64,000 nucleotides of DNA, from assembly GCA_934167885.1 (NCBI GenBank), contig CAKPMB010000002.1, forward strand, positions 9,307 through 73,306. Reading direction: 5' to 3'. The translations under genes were made by a program, and so were the position numbers. This stretch comes from an uncultured Bacilli bacterium. Its GTDB lineage: Bacteria; Bacillota_I; Bacilli_A; RF39; UBA660. Of this stretch, positions 9,894 to 22,789 are shown one piece after another (position 1 is the first letter of the stretch; every line of letters begins with the position of its first letter). The notes under the pieces were generated by a model. That model was not told where the DNA came from. It saw only the letters and a program-made list of their open reading frames with translations, and did no database searches.

Positions 9894-10775
9894 TCATTTA
9901 ATTCTTGCTTTGATAATATCGTCACTCATAATATTACCAATTAGTAATGACGAATTTGGAGCATGCTGTTGATAATTATTTCTTACCTTTTTCTCATCGT
10001 AATTAGCATAACAATATTTACAGAAATGTGGACATGAATTATAAACGCCAATATCAACCATTTGAGCACAAGAACAAATTTTATCTTTACGAGCTGTCCA
10101 TTTTTTATATAACCTACCAGTTAGGCGATAAGCCATTTCAAGTGATGAACATTCTCCTTTTTCAAAGCCATATTCATATAAATTTATCTTTTCAAAACAA
10201 GTTTGCACTCTCATACCATTTTCCTTAGCACTAAAACTTTGCCCTATTTCTTTATAATCTTCCTCCGTAAAATCTCTTATTTTTAGTGAACTTTGATGTT
10301 TCAAAACATTTTTATACTCGTCTAAAAACGATACAATTATTGTTGAAACAGAACCATTTAACAATGAACAGAGTCTTGCAAAAGCTCTTTTATGATATTC
10401 AATATTATATTCATCATTTAAAAATATTGGATCATAACGAACAGCTAAATTATCAATACCAATAATTCCCGATAGTTCTTTTATAGCCTCAATTATTTTT
10501 ATTTTAGAAATAACATTTGGTTCAATATCCTTTTTATAAGGTGTTAAGGTAACGTGAAATATCATCGGTTTATCAATTTCTTTTAAGTATTTTAATATAG
10601 GAATAGGATTTTTAGTGCAGAAAAAAATAGCATCAACAAAATTAAAATCAATGCGACTAATCATCTTAGGATTAAAAGGATTTCTAACATCCACAAAACC
10701 TTCTCTGTATCTTTTCATAAACCATTCTGTATAAAAAGCAATTATATCCGTCCTACCGCTTACATTTAATATCAT
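9894..10775 (-). CDS. DUF1848-family protein (putative Fe-S cluster protein)
   Basis: N-terminus MILNVSGRTDIIAFYTEWF resembles the DUF1848 start (SASRRTDIPAFY); C-terminal Cys cluster CSCAQM...CPHFCKYCYAN. Confidence 0.45.
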   Translation of the reverse strand: MILNVSGRTDIIAFYTEWFMKRYREGFVDVRNPFNPKMISRIDFNFVDAIFFCTKNPIPILKYLKEIDKPMIFHVTLTPYKKDIEPNVISKIKIIEAIKELSGIIGIDNLAVRYDPIFLNDEYNIEYHKRAFARLCSLLNGSVSTIIVSFLDEYKNVLKHQSSLKIRDFTEEDYKEIGQSFSAKENGMRVQTCFEKINLYEYGFEKGECSSLEMAYRLTGRLYKKWTARKDKICSCAQMVDIGVYNSCPHFCKYCYANYDEKKVRNNYQQHAPNSSLLIGNIMSDDIIKARIK

Positions 10776-10788
10776 ATTCCACCTATAA

Positions 10789-10832
10789 ACAAAAAAACTT
10801 ATTCAATATAACTTGAATAAGTAAATATCAAA
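10789..10832 (-). terminator. palindromic terminator element, copy 1 (10-bp perfect stem acttattcaa/ttgaataagt, 6-nt loop, T7 on minus strand); identical 44-nt copy at 12755-12798
   Basis: Perfect inverted repeat followed on the minus strand by TTTTTTT; lies between the stop of the 10916-11914 gene and 14 nt before the DUF1848 start codon. Confidence 0.6.
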
Positions 10833-10915
10833 CTGATACCTGCTAAGAATATATAAAATAACTTATCTTATAAACAATTAATATAATATTCATAACGCAA
10901 CTCATTTAAACTTCA

Positions 10916-11914
10916 TTAATCAACTGGCTCAAACTTTATTTGTAACGTACTAGTCACTTCTATAGTGCCACCAGCTGTTAAAACAACATTTTTATAATTA
11001 TCTATAGCCCAATCGTCTCCACCAGGTGTAAACGTTTCTATAACCTTAGAACTGCTATAAACAAAGCAATTTCCTCTGCCTGCTATTGCAATCATATTAT
11101 ATTTTCCTGGTTCAATGTCAATCCCTACTGTATAAGTGCCAGCCGTAAAAGTTTTTTCTTTTTGTGCTAACTTTTTCTTTTTTTCATTTTTTAATACTTC
11201 TTGAAATTCCTCGTTCGTTTCCTCTTTTGTTGGCTTAATAATTAATGTTGCATTATTAATATAATCATTTGAATATCCAAAAGTTAAATGCATTTCGTAT
11301 AATATATGTTTATAAACATATGATGTTTCTTCTTCTTTAAATAAATTATCTAAAGATAAAAAATCATCATTTATACAATTTTTAAAGTCATCATATAAAA
11401 TATTTGGAAGTGCATTTGCTGAAAATACACCAATAAAAAAGCCTAATTCCATCCCATCCAAATTTTTTGAAAAATCATATTTTATTTCAATAACTTTTTT
11501 ATTTTTTGTTTTAATATATATAGCATCACCATTAGATAACTTTATTACATACTGATAACCACCTTCGTTATATTCTCTCAAATTTGCATTAATATTTTCA
11601 TCTCTATATCTATATTTTACTTTATCAAATAAATCGTCAATAGTAGTGTCAAAATATGAATAATCATTTGAAACAAAAAATGTAATATTGTTTATCCTTT
11701 CTTCATTTTTTTCTTCACTTATAATCATCACGGCTAAAAGACCACCAACTATTACAACAATAGCAAATAAAATCAAAATTATTTTTGCCATTTTTTTACT
11801 ATCTCTTTTATTTTTAATACCTTTTTCTATATTTTTATCACTCATATTATACACACGTCCTACGCTTTGTATTATAGCATGTATAATGAAATTAGTAAAT
11901 GAAAACAAAGTCAT
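10916..11914 (-). CDS. hypothetical membrane-anchored protein
   Basis: ORF of 332 aa with a TM helix AKIILILFAIVVIVGGLLAVMII followed by a soluble domain; no motif recognised; start codon uncertain. Confidence 0.35.
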   Translation of the reverse strand: MTLFSFTNFIIHAIIQSVGRVYNMSDKNIEKGIKNKRDSKKMAKIILILFAIVVIVGGLLAVMIISEEKNEERINNITFFVSNDYSYFDTTIDDLFDKVKYRYRDENINANLREYNEGGYQYVIKLSNGDAIYIKTKNKKVIEIKYDFSKNLDGMELGFFIGVFSANALPNILYDDFKNCINDDFLSLDNLFKEEETSYVYKHILYEMHLTFGYSNDYINNATLIIKPTKEETNEEFQEVLKNEKKKKLAQKEKTFTAGTYTVGIDIEPGKYNMIAIAGRGNCFVYSSSKVIETFTPGGDDWAIDNYKNVVLTAGGTIEVTSTLQIKFEPVD

Positions 11915-12171
11915 TTCAATTTAATTTTTGTCTATTTTAAGTGATTTATATTAAGTGTCAAACTAAAGTATAGTCAATGATCTTGACAGTGCTTTTATTC
12001 CATGATATTCTCTTATTTTTCATTGATTTAGCTCTAGATTAAATAATAATTTATATATGAATAAGAAATCAAAGAAAACCTAAAATTAGAAAGGATTATG
12101 TATTTGCTGAATATAGAGAAGTTTTAATTAACTAAGCAAAACATTGTCTAAACAAATTCAATTCATTATTA

Positions 12172-12525
12172 CTAATCTTTTAGACAATAATCATTTTTTT
12201 TACTCTCAATTACTTTTTCAAGAAAAATCTTATCATTAAATGCTCCACGCTTAGCCTTTTTTTCACTAGCAATTTTCATAATTTCTTCTATTGTTGTGTT
12301 TTCAAGTTTTCCTAATGCTCTTATAACTTCAAGCATATCTGCTAGTTCTTCAATACGTTCAATACCATTTGCTGCAACTACTTCTTTACATTCTTCAAAT
12401 AATTTTCTTTCCAACTCTTCTTTATAATCCGTTTCATTTAAAACTCTTGTTATTGGGGTTTATCCTTGAGCTATAATAATTTCAGGTATTTTATCTCTAA
12501 CTAGTTTATTATAAATTCTTTCCAT
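12172..12525 (-). pseudogene. MazG-like nucleotide pyrophosphohydrolase (small all-alpha NTP-PPase) interrupted by an in-frame TAA
   Basis: GGAGGA RBS then ATG at 12525; MERIYNKLVRDKIPEIIIAQG-TAA-TPITRVLNETDYKEELERKLFEECKEVV...KRGAF; the stop (12459-12461) splits what reads as a single MazG-type domain. Confidence 0.5.
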
Positions 12526-12754
12526 TATTCCTCCTATTCAGCAATTTCTTATTTGATCAACCTAACTTCATTATTTTTTAAATTTAAATAAATATCAGTT
12601 CTATATATAGAATAACATAAATTTATTAAAGTTTGTTTATTCATTTTAAGGTGATGTGATTCTAAATAAGAATTTGCTTATCACTCAACCTCTAATTGAA
12701 AGTTAAAATTATCCATTATCTATATGTATCAAAATTATTCATTTCTTCCACATA

Positions 12755-12798
12755 ACAAAAAAACTTATTCAATATAACTTGAATAAGTAAATATCAAA
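12755..12798 (-). terminator. palindromic terminator element, copy 2 (identical to 10789-10832), immediately downstream of tRNA-Leu
   Basis: Same 44-nt sequence acaaaaaaacttattcaatataacttgaataagtaaatatcaaa; hairpin then T7 on the minus strand. Confidence 0.6.
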
Positions 12799-12799
12799 T

Positions 12800-12882
12800 T
12801 GGTGCGGGTAACAGGAGTTGAACCTGCACACCGAAGTACTGGTTCCTAAGACCAGCGCGTCTGCCAATTCCGCCATACCCGC
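12800..12882 (-). tRNA. tRNA-Leu (UAG), long variable arm
   Basis: Reverse complement gcgggtatggcggaattggcagacgcgctggtcttaggaaccag...cacca: acceptor stem gcgggta/tacccgc, anticodon loop ctTAGga, long extra arm; 83 nt. Confidence 0.85.
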
Positions 12883-12885
12883 AAG

Positions 12886-12962
12886 TGGTGGACCCTATAG
12901 GACTCGAACCTATGACCGCCCGGTTATGAGCCGGATGCTCTAACCAACTGAGCTAAGGGTCC
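12886..12962 (-). tRNA. tRNA with CAU anticodon, most likely lysidine-type tRNA-Ile2 (alternatively Met)
   Basis: Reverse complement GGACCCTTAGCTCAGTTGGTTAGAGC...CTCATAA...GGTTCGAGTCC...GGGTCCACCA; closely resembles Bacillus tRNA-Ile(LAU) as recalled, whereas the other CAU tRNA (38503) resembles elongator Met. Confidence 0.8.
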
Positions 12963-13054
12963 GTATCACTTACTTGAATATAATACCATACATTAATGAA
13001 AAAAATCAATATCAAAAGTGTAAAATTGCAAAAAAATAAAGCCCTACATAGACT

Positions 13055-13504
13055 TTATTTTTGTAACATATTCAACAAGTTAATCTTGAACATATCTTTT
13101 TCTGGATTTTGCTTAGATATCATTACACCTTTATATGCTGTTAATTCGGCACGATGTCCTTCTTCTAAGATTCCTTCTGGCGTAATGTTAGTTAAAAGAA
13201 TAATGTTTTTATCAGTATAAACAACATAATGTAATGTTATTTCACCATGAACTTTTACAAACATTTCATCTGTTGGTAAAACTAATTCGTAGCTTTTCAT
13301 ACCTTCTTCTTCCTTAACTAACTTACCTAAAAAATTACCATTACGTAATTCAGGATAATATTCAAATGTCAATTTTTTGTATGCTAACATATTATACTTT
13401 CTTACGGAACGTTCTTTTTTACGAAAATCATTTTCATTCTGATATTCGAAAATATATCCTTGTTTCATCAAAACCACCCCTAGTTTTTCGGATACTCTAT
13501 CCAT
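13055..13504 (-). CDS. hypothetical protein (very weak RelE/ParE-like C-terminal pattern)
   Basis: 149 aa; the LHYVVYTDKNIILLTNI stretch is loosely reminiscent of RelE/ParE toxins, but no adjacent antitoxin-like gene is visible. Confidence 0.3.
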   Translation of the reverse strand: MDRVSEKLGVVLMKQGYIFEYQNENDFRKKERSVRKYNMLAYKKLTFEYYPELRNGNFLGKLVKEEEGMKSYELVLPTDEMFVKVHGEITLHYVVYTDKNIILLTNITPEGILEEGHRAELTAYKGVMISKQNPEKDMFKINLLNMLQK

Positions 13505-13595
13505 TTCGTATTAAGATTATAGCACAGTAAACATCAAAAGTCAAGTTTTTTTATTTTATCCACTAGCTGTGAAAAAATTTTTATGTCTTAAAACA

Positions 13596-14099
13596 TTAAA
13601 ATCCTATTCTTAAAATATCAAAATTAACATACTGACATCCAAAGTCACTAGTATCTTTTTCACTTTTATATAATAAATCAAAATATGATTTTTTACTAAA
13701 ACTAATAGCACTTCCCCTATCTAAGACAATAGCAGTTATTGTTTTTTCTTTTTTTAAACCTGATATTCTTATAATAGTTCCAAAAGGAATAGTTCTATCG
13801 GCTGCTAAAATATGCACATTGCCATATTCCTTATCATAATACGTTGTTCTATTAACAACATTATAACCACTAGCAGTTATCCCACTACAACCATAACAGT
13901 CAGGACCATAAGCTGTCATCGGACCACTAAATGACCTTATAACCATAAGTTTGTCGGAGGCTTTTGTTTGATTATCATTCAAAACTAACGTATCACTATA
14001 ATTAAAAGCTAAAACGCTATTAAGTGTTTTATCCTCGCTCATTGTATTTCTAATAGGCATGACAATTGCCAAAATTAATAAAATTATTTTATAAACCAT
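13596..14099 (-). CDS. secreted 3D-domain protein (MltA-like fold; YuiC/YocH-like cell-wall binding)
   Basis: Signal-peptide-like N-terminus; C-terminal 3D-domain pattern GITASGYNV...ILAADRTIPFGTIIRI...AIVLDRGSAI with spaced Asp residues. Confidence 0.55.
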   Translation of the reverse strand: MVYKIILLILAIVMPIRNTMSEDKTLNSVLAFNYSDTLVLNDNQTKASDKLMVIRSFSGPMTAYGPDCYGCSGITASGYNVVNRTTYYDKEYGNVHILAADRTIPFGTIIRISGLKKEKTITAIVLDRGSAISFSKKSYFDLLYKSEKDTSDFGCQYVNFDILRIGF

Positions 14100-14143
14100 A
14101 AACCACCCAAGCTAATATATTATCACAAAAAGAAAATAATTAC

Positions 14144-14168
14144 AAAAAAAGACCAATTGGTCTTTTTA
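14144..14168 (-). terminator. bidirectional rho-independent terminator (gaccaa/ttggtc hairpin flanked by an A-run and a T-run)
   Basis: aaaaaaagaccaattggtcttttta lies immediately after the stop of the 14166-14405 ORF. Confidence 0.5.
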
Positions 14169-14405
14169 GCGACTACGCTTCTTTGTTTCAAATTCTTCAG
14201 CTATACCATATCCATTTCTTAATAGATTAGGATCTGGATTATGGTAATAGTGATTATCATTTATATCATGTGTTAATCTTGATAAACTATATTCGCACAT
14301 AATATATGAATTGTAATCACCAAAGCCACTGCGTCTTCTTAGCATAATCTTGTTGATTAAAGTCTTAAGAATATTTTGTTTTTGCAATTTTACTCTTGCA
14401 CTCAT
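14166..14405 (-). CDS. small hypothetical protein (79 aa)
   Basis: ORF only; basic, His-rich; coding status uncertain. Confidence 0.25.
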   Translation of the reverse strand: MSARVKLQKQNILKTLINKIMLRRRSGFGDYNSYIMCEYSLSRLTHDINDNHYYHNPDPNLLRNGYGIAEEFETKKRSR

Positions 14406-14469
14406 TAATTTCCTCCAGCGAGAATATTATAACATATTGGCATTTAGTGTCAATATACTTTGAGCCTTT

Positions 14470-17365
<2,896 letters not shown>

Positions 17366-17366
<1 letters not shown>

Positions 17367-19489
17367 TACACCTTCCTTAAACTTTTATGATTTTTCATTA
17401 ACGTTTTTACTCCATATGGCATTTTAAAAGCCACTTTTACTATTGTATCTGTAACTGTTAATACTTTACCTGTTCCAAAATTATCATGATAAACAAAATC
17501 CCCAACTTGATAGTCATCGACTACTTCCTTAGTCCAATTGCTATTAGCAACTTTAACTACCTTGTTTAAATTATTATTTGTTTTTTCTCTATAAGCCTCC
17601 CTTTCATTACTACTAACGATATCTAAATCATCTTTATTTATTTCATTTATAAAACGACTAACACCATTAACTTGATCCATACCATATAAAACACGCATAC
17701 AAGCATTCGTTAAATAAAGTTTTTTACGAGCTCTTGTAATAGCGACATAACAAAGACGTCTTTCTTCTTCTATTTCACTTTCATCATTTAAACAATTACT
17801 ATGTGGGAATAAATTCTCTTCAAGGCCTGTAACAAAAACATAGTCAAATTCAAGGCCCTTAACAGCATGCACCGTCATTAATGTAACTCTATTAGATGTA
17901 TCAGTAATTTCCGTATTATCACTAATTAAACCGACTTCGTATAAAAAGTCTGAAAGTGAAATAACACCATATTTTTCTTCAAAAGCTTTCGTAATAGATT
18001 TAAATTCTTCTAGGTTATCAAGTCTTAAATCGGCTTCGAGTGATTTTTCATCTTCTAATTCCTTCTTAAGGCCTGATTTTTCTAAAACAAGGTCAACAAG
18101 TTCGGTTAAACTTAAATCACTACTAGCATCGATTAATTCATTAATTAATTTTTTAAATTCTAACGCCTTACCACTTTCAATAACGTCAAATAAACTAGTT
18201 TCATTCCCCTCGGCTTTCTTTGTTAAATCTTCAATCGTTTTTTGACCAATACCTCGCTTTGGAGTGTTAATAGCTCGAAGAAGACTTATAGAATCGCGTG
18301 GATTATTAATTAATTTTAAGTAAGCAATCAAATCTTTTATTTCTTTACGTGAATAAAAGTTAACACTACCAATAATTCTATACGGTATATTATGCTTTAA
18401 TAACGCTTCTTCAAACGCTCTTGACTGTGCATTTGTTCTATATAATATGACAATATCATCATACGATACATTATTTTTGATAATACCATTTATTTCATTA
18501 ATTATATAATTTATTTCATCAAGACCATTACGAGCGCGATAGTATGTTACTTTATCCCCATCGCCTAAGACAGAAATTAAATACTTGTCATAGCGATTAA
18601 CATTATTTTTTATTACACTGTTAGCAACGTCTAATATATTTTTAGTGCTTCGATAATTCTTATCTAAAACAATCGTTGAACATGTTGGATAATCTTTTTC
18701 AAAATTTAAAATATTTTTAAAATTAGCGCCTCTAAAACCATATATTGTTTGATCAGAATCCCCAACAACACAAATATTTTGATACTTTTTACTTATCATT
18801 TTTGTTAAAACATATTGAGCTTCATTGGTATCTTGATACTCATCAATCAAAATATATTTAAATTTATCTTGATAATGTTCAAGTATATCTTTATTTTTTC
18901 TAAATAAAATAATAGGCATAACTAATAAATCATCAAAATCAACCCCATTATTATCTAATAGTTCTTTAGAATATCTTTTATATACTTCTTGCAATAATCT
19001 ATCATAATCATTCTTAATATATTTATTAAATCCTTCCCAATCCATCAATTCATTTTTAAGGGAACTTATACTATTTTTGAAATTTTTAGGTGGAAACTGT
19101 TTAGTATCTACATTCATATTTTTTAAAATTCGCTTAATAATGGCAAGACTATCTTCACTATCAAAGATAGTAAAGTTATTTTCAAGTCCTAATTCTTTAT
19201 AATTTTCGCGAATTACTCTAAGACCAAAGGAATGAAATGTCGAAATTTGCATGGTTAAAGCAGCATCCCCTACTAGTCCAATAACTCGATCACGCATTTC
19301 TTTAGCCGCTTTATTGGTAAATGTTATTGCTAAAATATTAAAAGGACTTATTCCTTTTTCAATCATGTAAGCTATCCTGCTTGTTAATACTCGTGTCTTA
19401 CCACTTCCAGCTCCTGCTACAACAAGCAAGGGGCCATCTATCAATGTGACAGCTTTTCTTTGTTCATTATTTAGCATATCTAAATTCAT
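17366..19489 (-). CDS. pcrA: ATP-dependent DNA helicase PcrA (UvrD family)
   Basis: Helicase motifs: Walker A AGAGSGKTRVL, DEYQDTN, VGDSDQTIYGFRGA, TVHAVKGLEFDYVFV; conserved pcrA-ligA linkage. Confidence 0.9.
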
Positions 19490-19550
19490 ACTTTATACCT
19501 CTAATATATTATACTATATCAAATCAAACTTTAAAATATCTTTGACAAAA

Positions 19551-20654
19551 TTATTTATGAACCAAAACTTTAGTGCCAACACTAACATTATCATAGATAG
19601 TTGGCACTAATTCTTTAGGAATATTAACACATCCATGACTACCATGCATAATATAAATATCGCCACCAAACTTCTTACGCCATGAAGCATCATGTAAGCC
19701 AATACCTCCATCAAAAGGCATCCAATAATTAACCCAACTCTTATAATCTTCACCAGTTAAATAACGACCTTCTTCTTTAGCATAAATTTTAAATAAACCT
19801 ATATTAGTAGGCGTATCACTTTTACCAGTCGTAACGGAAGTTTCAAGGATAACTTCATTATCATGATAAAGCCATAATGTTTGTTCACTTATATCAATTA
19901 AGACAAACACCCCTTCCATCTTTTTAGTCCATTCCTTCATAACATAGCCAAAATTAAAACCATTATATTGCACAAAATACCAATCATCTAATTCTTTTAA
20001 AACAATCATACTCTCGTATTTGCTTAACGCTCCTATTTTATATGACTCTTTACTATTACTAATCCTAACATTTAATCCACTTGTAGCGTATGCAATATAA
20101 AGAGGCTTTATTTCATTAAGGTTAACCTCTGGAAACAATGTATTAACATAATCTGTAACTGATATAAAGAATTCGCAAGATGAATAACCAATTTTGTTTT
20201 GATACTTAATCAAATACCAACCATTACTTGTCTTAGCAAGCACTGAACAGACAGCGGAAGGAGCAACACTACCTATTTTTTGACTATCAAGACTTGGCGA
20301 TATGCGCATATTAACTTTGCAAGTTGCCATTATTTTATCTAAACATGAATAGTGTTCAACGTCTTCCACCGCTATGCCAGTCTTTTCAATAAAATCGCCC
20401 AAAACATAACCTAATTTATTGTTGTATAATATTAAATTCCAATTATCATCCCTAAAAATTCTATAAATAACTTCATCTTTATTAATGTGTGATATTATTT
20501 GACCATCAAGAGAAGGTGAAAGTCGCATATTAACATTTTGAATAGTTCTAACCTCATCATTGGTATTGACAATTTCACCATATGAAGAAGATGTTAGTGC
20601 AATAGAAGAAGCCATTAATAAAGAAAAAAGTTTCTTTCTAATATGTAAATTCAT
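19551..20654 (-). CDS. L,D-transpeptidase with N-terminal signal peptide and two SH3b-like repeats
   Basis: Catalytic YkuD motif IMHGSHGCVNIP; repeated NMRLSPSLDGQ / NMRISPSLDSQ SH3b-like modules; signal peptide MNLHIRKKLFSLLMASSIALTSSS. Confidence 0.75.
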   Translation of the reverse strand: MNLHIRKKLFSLLMASSIALTSSSYGEIVNTNDEVRTIQNVNMRLSPSLDGQIISHINKDEVIYRIFRDDNWNLILYNNKLGYVLGDFIEKTGIAVEDVEHYSCLDKIMATCKVNMRISPSLDSQKIGSVAPSAVCSVLAKTSNGWYLIKYQNKIGYSSCEFFISVTDYVNTLFPEVNLNEIKPLYIAYATSGLNVRISNSKESYKIGALSKYESMIVLKELDDWYFVQYNGFNFGYVMKEWTKKMEGVFVLIDISEQTLWLYHDNEVILETSVTTGKSDTPTNIGLFKIYAKEEGRYLTGEDYKSWVNYWMPFDGGIGLHDASWRKKFGGDIYIMHGSHGCVNIPKELVPTIYDNVSVGTKVLVHK

Positions 20655-20688
20655 ATTCCCTCCATAAAATAAAAAGACCTATATAGGC

Positions 20689-21279
20689 CTATCTTTCATC
20701 AAATTTTTTTCTTGTTTTAAGACGAAAACATCTAGCACATGCAACGGTATAAGTAACTTTGCCTTCACCATCTATAGCTACACTATCGCCTTCTGTTTGC
20801 ACTACCCCATCAATTAAGCGCACATTAAACATTGCCTTCTTACCACATTCACAAATAGTTTTAATCTCGGTTAATTCATGTGCAATATCTAAAAGTCTGC
20901 GACTACCAGTAAAAGGCTTTCCTTGAAAATCAGTTCGTAAGCCATAACACATTACTGGAATATTTAAATCAATAACAACATCCATTAATTGATTAACTTG
21001 CTTCTCACTTAAAAATTGAGCCTCATCCACAATAAATAAGTCAACATTAGTATATTTTTCAACAATAATATCATAAATATTAGCCTTAGCATCAATCAAT
21101 AAATCAACTTTCTTCTTAGCACCAATTCGTGAAACAACATAATCATTACCCTTAGTATCAACTTTAGGTTTCATTAATATAGCCTTCATGCCTTGTTCTT
21201 CATAATTGTATGCACATTGAATAATTCTTGTTGTTTTGCCAGAGTTCATCGCTCCATAAAAAAAGTATAATTTTGCCAC
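20689..21279 (-). CDS. tdk: thymidine kinase
   Basis: FYGAMNSGKTT P-loop, DEAQF, C-terminal Zn-ribbon CECGKKA...CARCF; 196 aa. Confidence 0.9.
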   Translation of the reverse strand: MAKLYFFYGAMNSGKTTRIIQCAYNYEEQGMKAILMKPKVDTKGNDYVVSRIGAKKKVDLLIDAKANIYDIIVEKYTNVDLFIVDEAQFLSEKQVNQLMDVVIDLNIPVMCYGLRTDFQGKPFTGSRRLLDIAHELTEIKTICECGKKAMFNVRLIDGVVQTEGDSVAIDGEGKVTYTVACARCFRLKTRKKFDER

Positions 21280-21351
21280 TACTCATCACCAAGTTAAGAA
21301 TAGCAAAAGTTATATGCCTAAACAATGTTTTTGACATTTTTTTACTTAACA

Positions 21352-21594
21352 TTAATCATTAAGTTTAAAGCCCAATATTTTTTTACACTTTCTTATTTCT
21401 TTTTCTAATTTATTTATTTTTTTATCGCCTATTTTAATCATTTCAAGATTCTCTTCTTTTTCTTTATTTAAATCTCTTAATAAATCATCATACAAATTAT
21501 GTTCATATTTTCTTAAATGAAACATAATCACCGCGATGACAGTAAGACCACTTAAGAATAAAAAGATTATTTGCCAAAATACTACTTCTTCCAT
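21352..21594 (-). CDS. small hypothetical membrane protein
   Basis: 80 aa, single TM helix IIFLFLSGLTVIAVIMF followed by a K/E-rich tail; coding status moderately uncertain. Confidence 0.3.
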   Translation of the reverse strand: MEEVVFWQIIFLFLSGLTVIAVIMFHLRKYEHNLYDDLLRDLNKEKEENLEMIKIGDKKINKLEKEIRKCKKILGFKLND

Positions 21595-21833
21595 GAAAAT
21601 GCTCCTTTTACCCTTACCAACATTTTAAGATAAAATAATTGCCACCATCTTTTTAAAATGACTATTCTCTGCCTTTTTAACATTGTTTGATACTTACCAT
21701 ACTCTGTATCCCATGACAATATTTTTTTATAATAAAAGACTTTCTTACGCTCATCGATAATGACATACACGCAATAAACCACTAACAAAATGGTTAGTAT
21801 AGAAACCAACACAATATACTTAATAACATCCAT
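21582..21833 (-). CDS. small hypothetical membrane protein
   Basis: 83 aa, TM helix IVLVSILTILLVVYCVYVII; overlaps the downstream ORF by 13 nt. Confidence 0.3.
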   Translation of the reverse strand: MDVIKYIVLVSILTILLVVYCVYVIIDERKKVFYYKKILSWDTEYGKYQTMLKRQRIVILKRWWQLFYLKMLVRVKGAFSWKK

Positions 21834-21916
21834 AACTACTACCTACTACTATGATAATATATCACACAAAAGGGTAAAAGAAAACATAATCGTTAACATT
21901 TTCAAATAATATTTTG

Positions 21917-22789
21917 CTAGTTGCCTACAACATAATCATATACTTCTTGAATGGTTTTATCAAAATCATCAAAGTTAACATTAAACCATTTAACATCCAT
22001 TTGATGATTAAAAAAGGTCCATTGACGTTTAGCGAAATTACGTGAATTTTTACGAATTAAATCAAGACTTTCCTCAAGAGATAATTCCTTATCAAAATAG
22101 CGATATAATTCTTTATAGCCAATACCAGTCATAATAGCTTTACTATAAATATTATTTTTATATAACGCCAAGACTTCTTCAACTAGGCCTTCACTTACCA
22201 TTTTATCAACACGTTTATTGATAACATCATATAATTTTTCACGATTACTCGTAAGACCTATCGTTACAAAATCATACATTTTTTCATTAATTGTCTTGCA
22301 TATTTGATTATTATTTCTAATTTTATTAAGTTCACGCACTAAGCGTTTACGATTATTAACATGAATGTTAGTCTCATAATATTTTGCTATTTCTTGTTTT
22401 AATTCTTCATTTGTCATATTAGTAAATTCTGAATGAAATTTTTCATCTTGAAATTGATAATTATATAGAGCGCTTTTAATATATAGACCACTACCTCCTA
22501 CTAAAATCGCACACTTACCTCTTTTTAAAATATCATCAATAACGCTTCTTGCATCGCTTTGATAATTATAAATATTGTAATCAAAAGTTGGTGAACATAT
22601 ATCAAACAAGTGATGGGGAACACCTTCTTTTTCACATTCTTTTACTTTAGCGGTTCCTATATCAAGTCCTTGATATACTTGCATACTATCGGCATTTATA
22701 ATTTCACCATTTAACATTTTAGCAAGTGAAACACTTAACTTTGTTTTACCAACACCGGTTGGCCCTACTATAACAATTATTTTTTTCAT
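21917..22789 (-). CDS. miaA: tRNA dimethylallyltransferase
   Basis: IVIVGPTGVGKTKLSVSLAK P-loop, INADSMQVYQGLDIGTAK, ILVGGSGLY; overlaps the mutL stop by 4 nt. Confidence 0.9.
   Translation of the reverse strand: MKKIIVIVGPTGVGKTKLSVSLAKMLNGEIINADSMQVYQGLDIGTAKVKECEKEGVPHHLFDICSPTFDYNIYNYQSDARSVIDDILKRGKCAILVGGSGLYIKSALYNYQFQDEKFHSEFTNMTNEELKQEIAKYYETNIHVNNRKRLVRELNKIRNNNQICKTINEKMYDFVTIGLTSNREKLYDVINKRVDKMVSEGLVEEVLALYKNNIYSKAIMTGIGYKELYRYFDKELSLEESLDLIRKNSRNFAKRQWTFFNHQMDVKWFNVNFDDFDKTIQEVYDYVVGN

Noticed and set aside
11915-12171. Possible riboswitch or leader in the 257-nt intergenic region (contains a TTGACA...inverted repeat)
   Set aside because: No recognisable riboswitch consensus (T-box specifier/antiterminator, SAM, FMN, etc.); most simply the terminator of the MazG-like gene plus the promoter of the downstream membrane-protein gene.
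12886-12962. Calling this CAU tRNA the initiator tRNA-fMet
   Set aside because: It lacks the three consecutive G-C pairs in the anticodon stem and the 1:72 mismatch of initiators, and its sequence matches lysidine-type tRNA-Ile2 far better.
13055-13504. Toxin-antitoxin module (RelE/ParE-like)
   Set aside because: Only a weak C-terminal resemblance; the protein is longer than typical RelE toxins and no small upstream antitoxin ORF is present.
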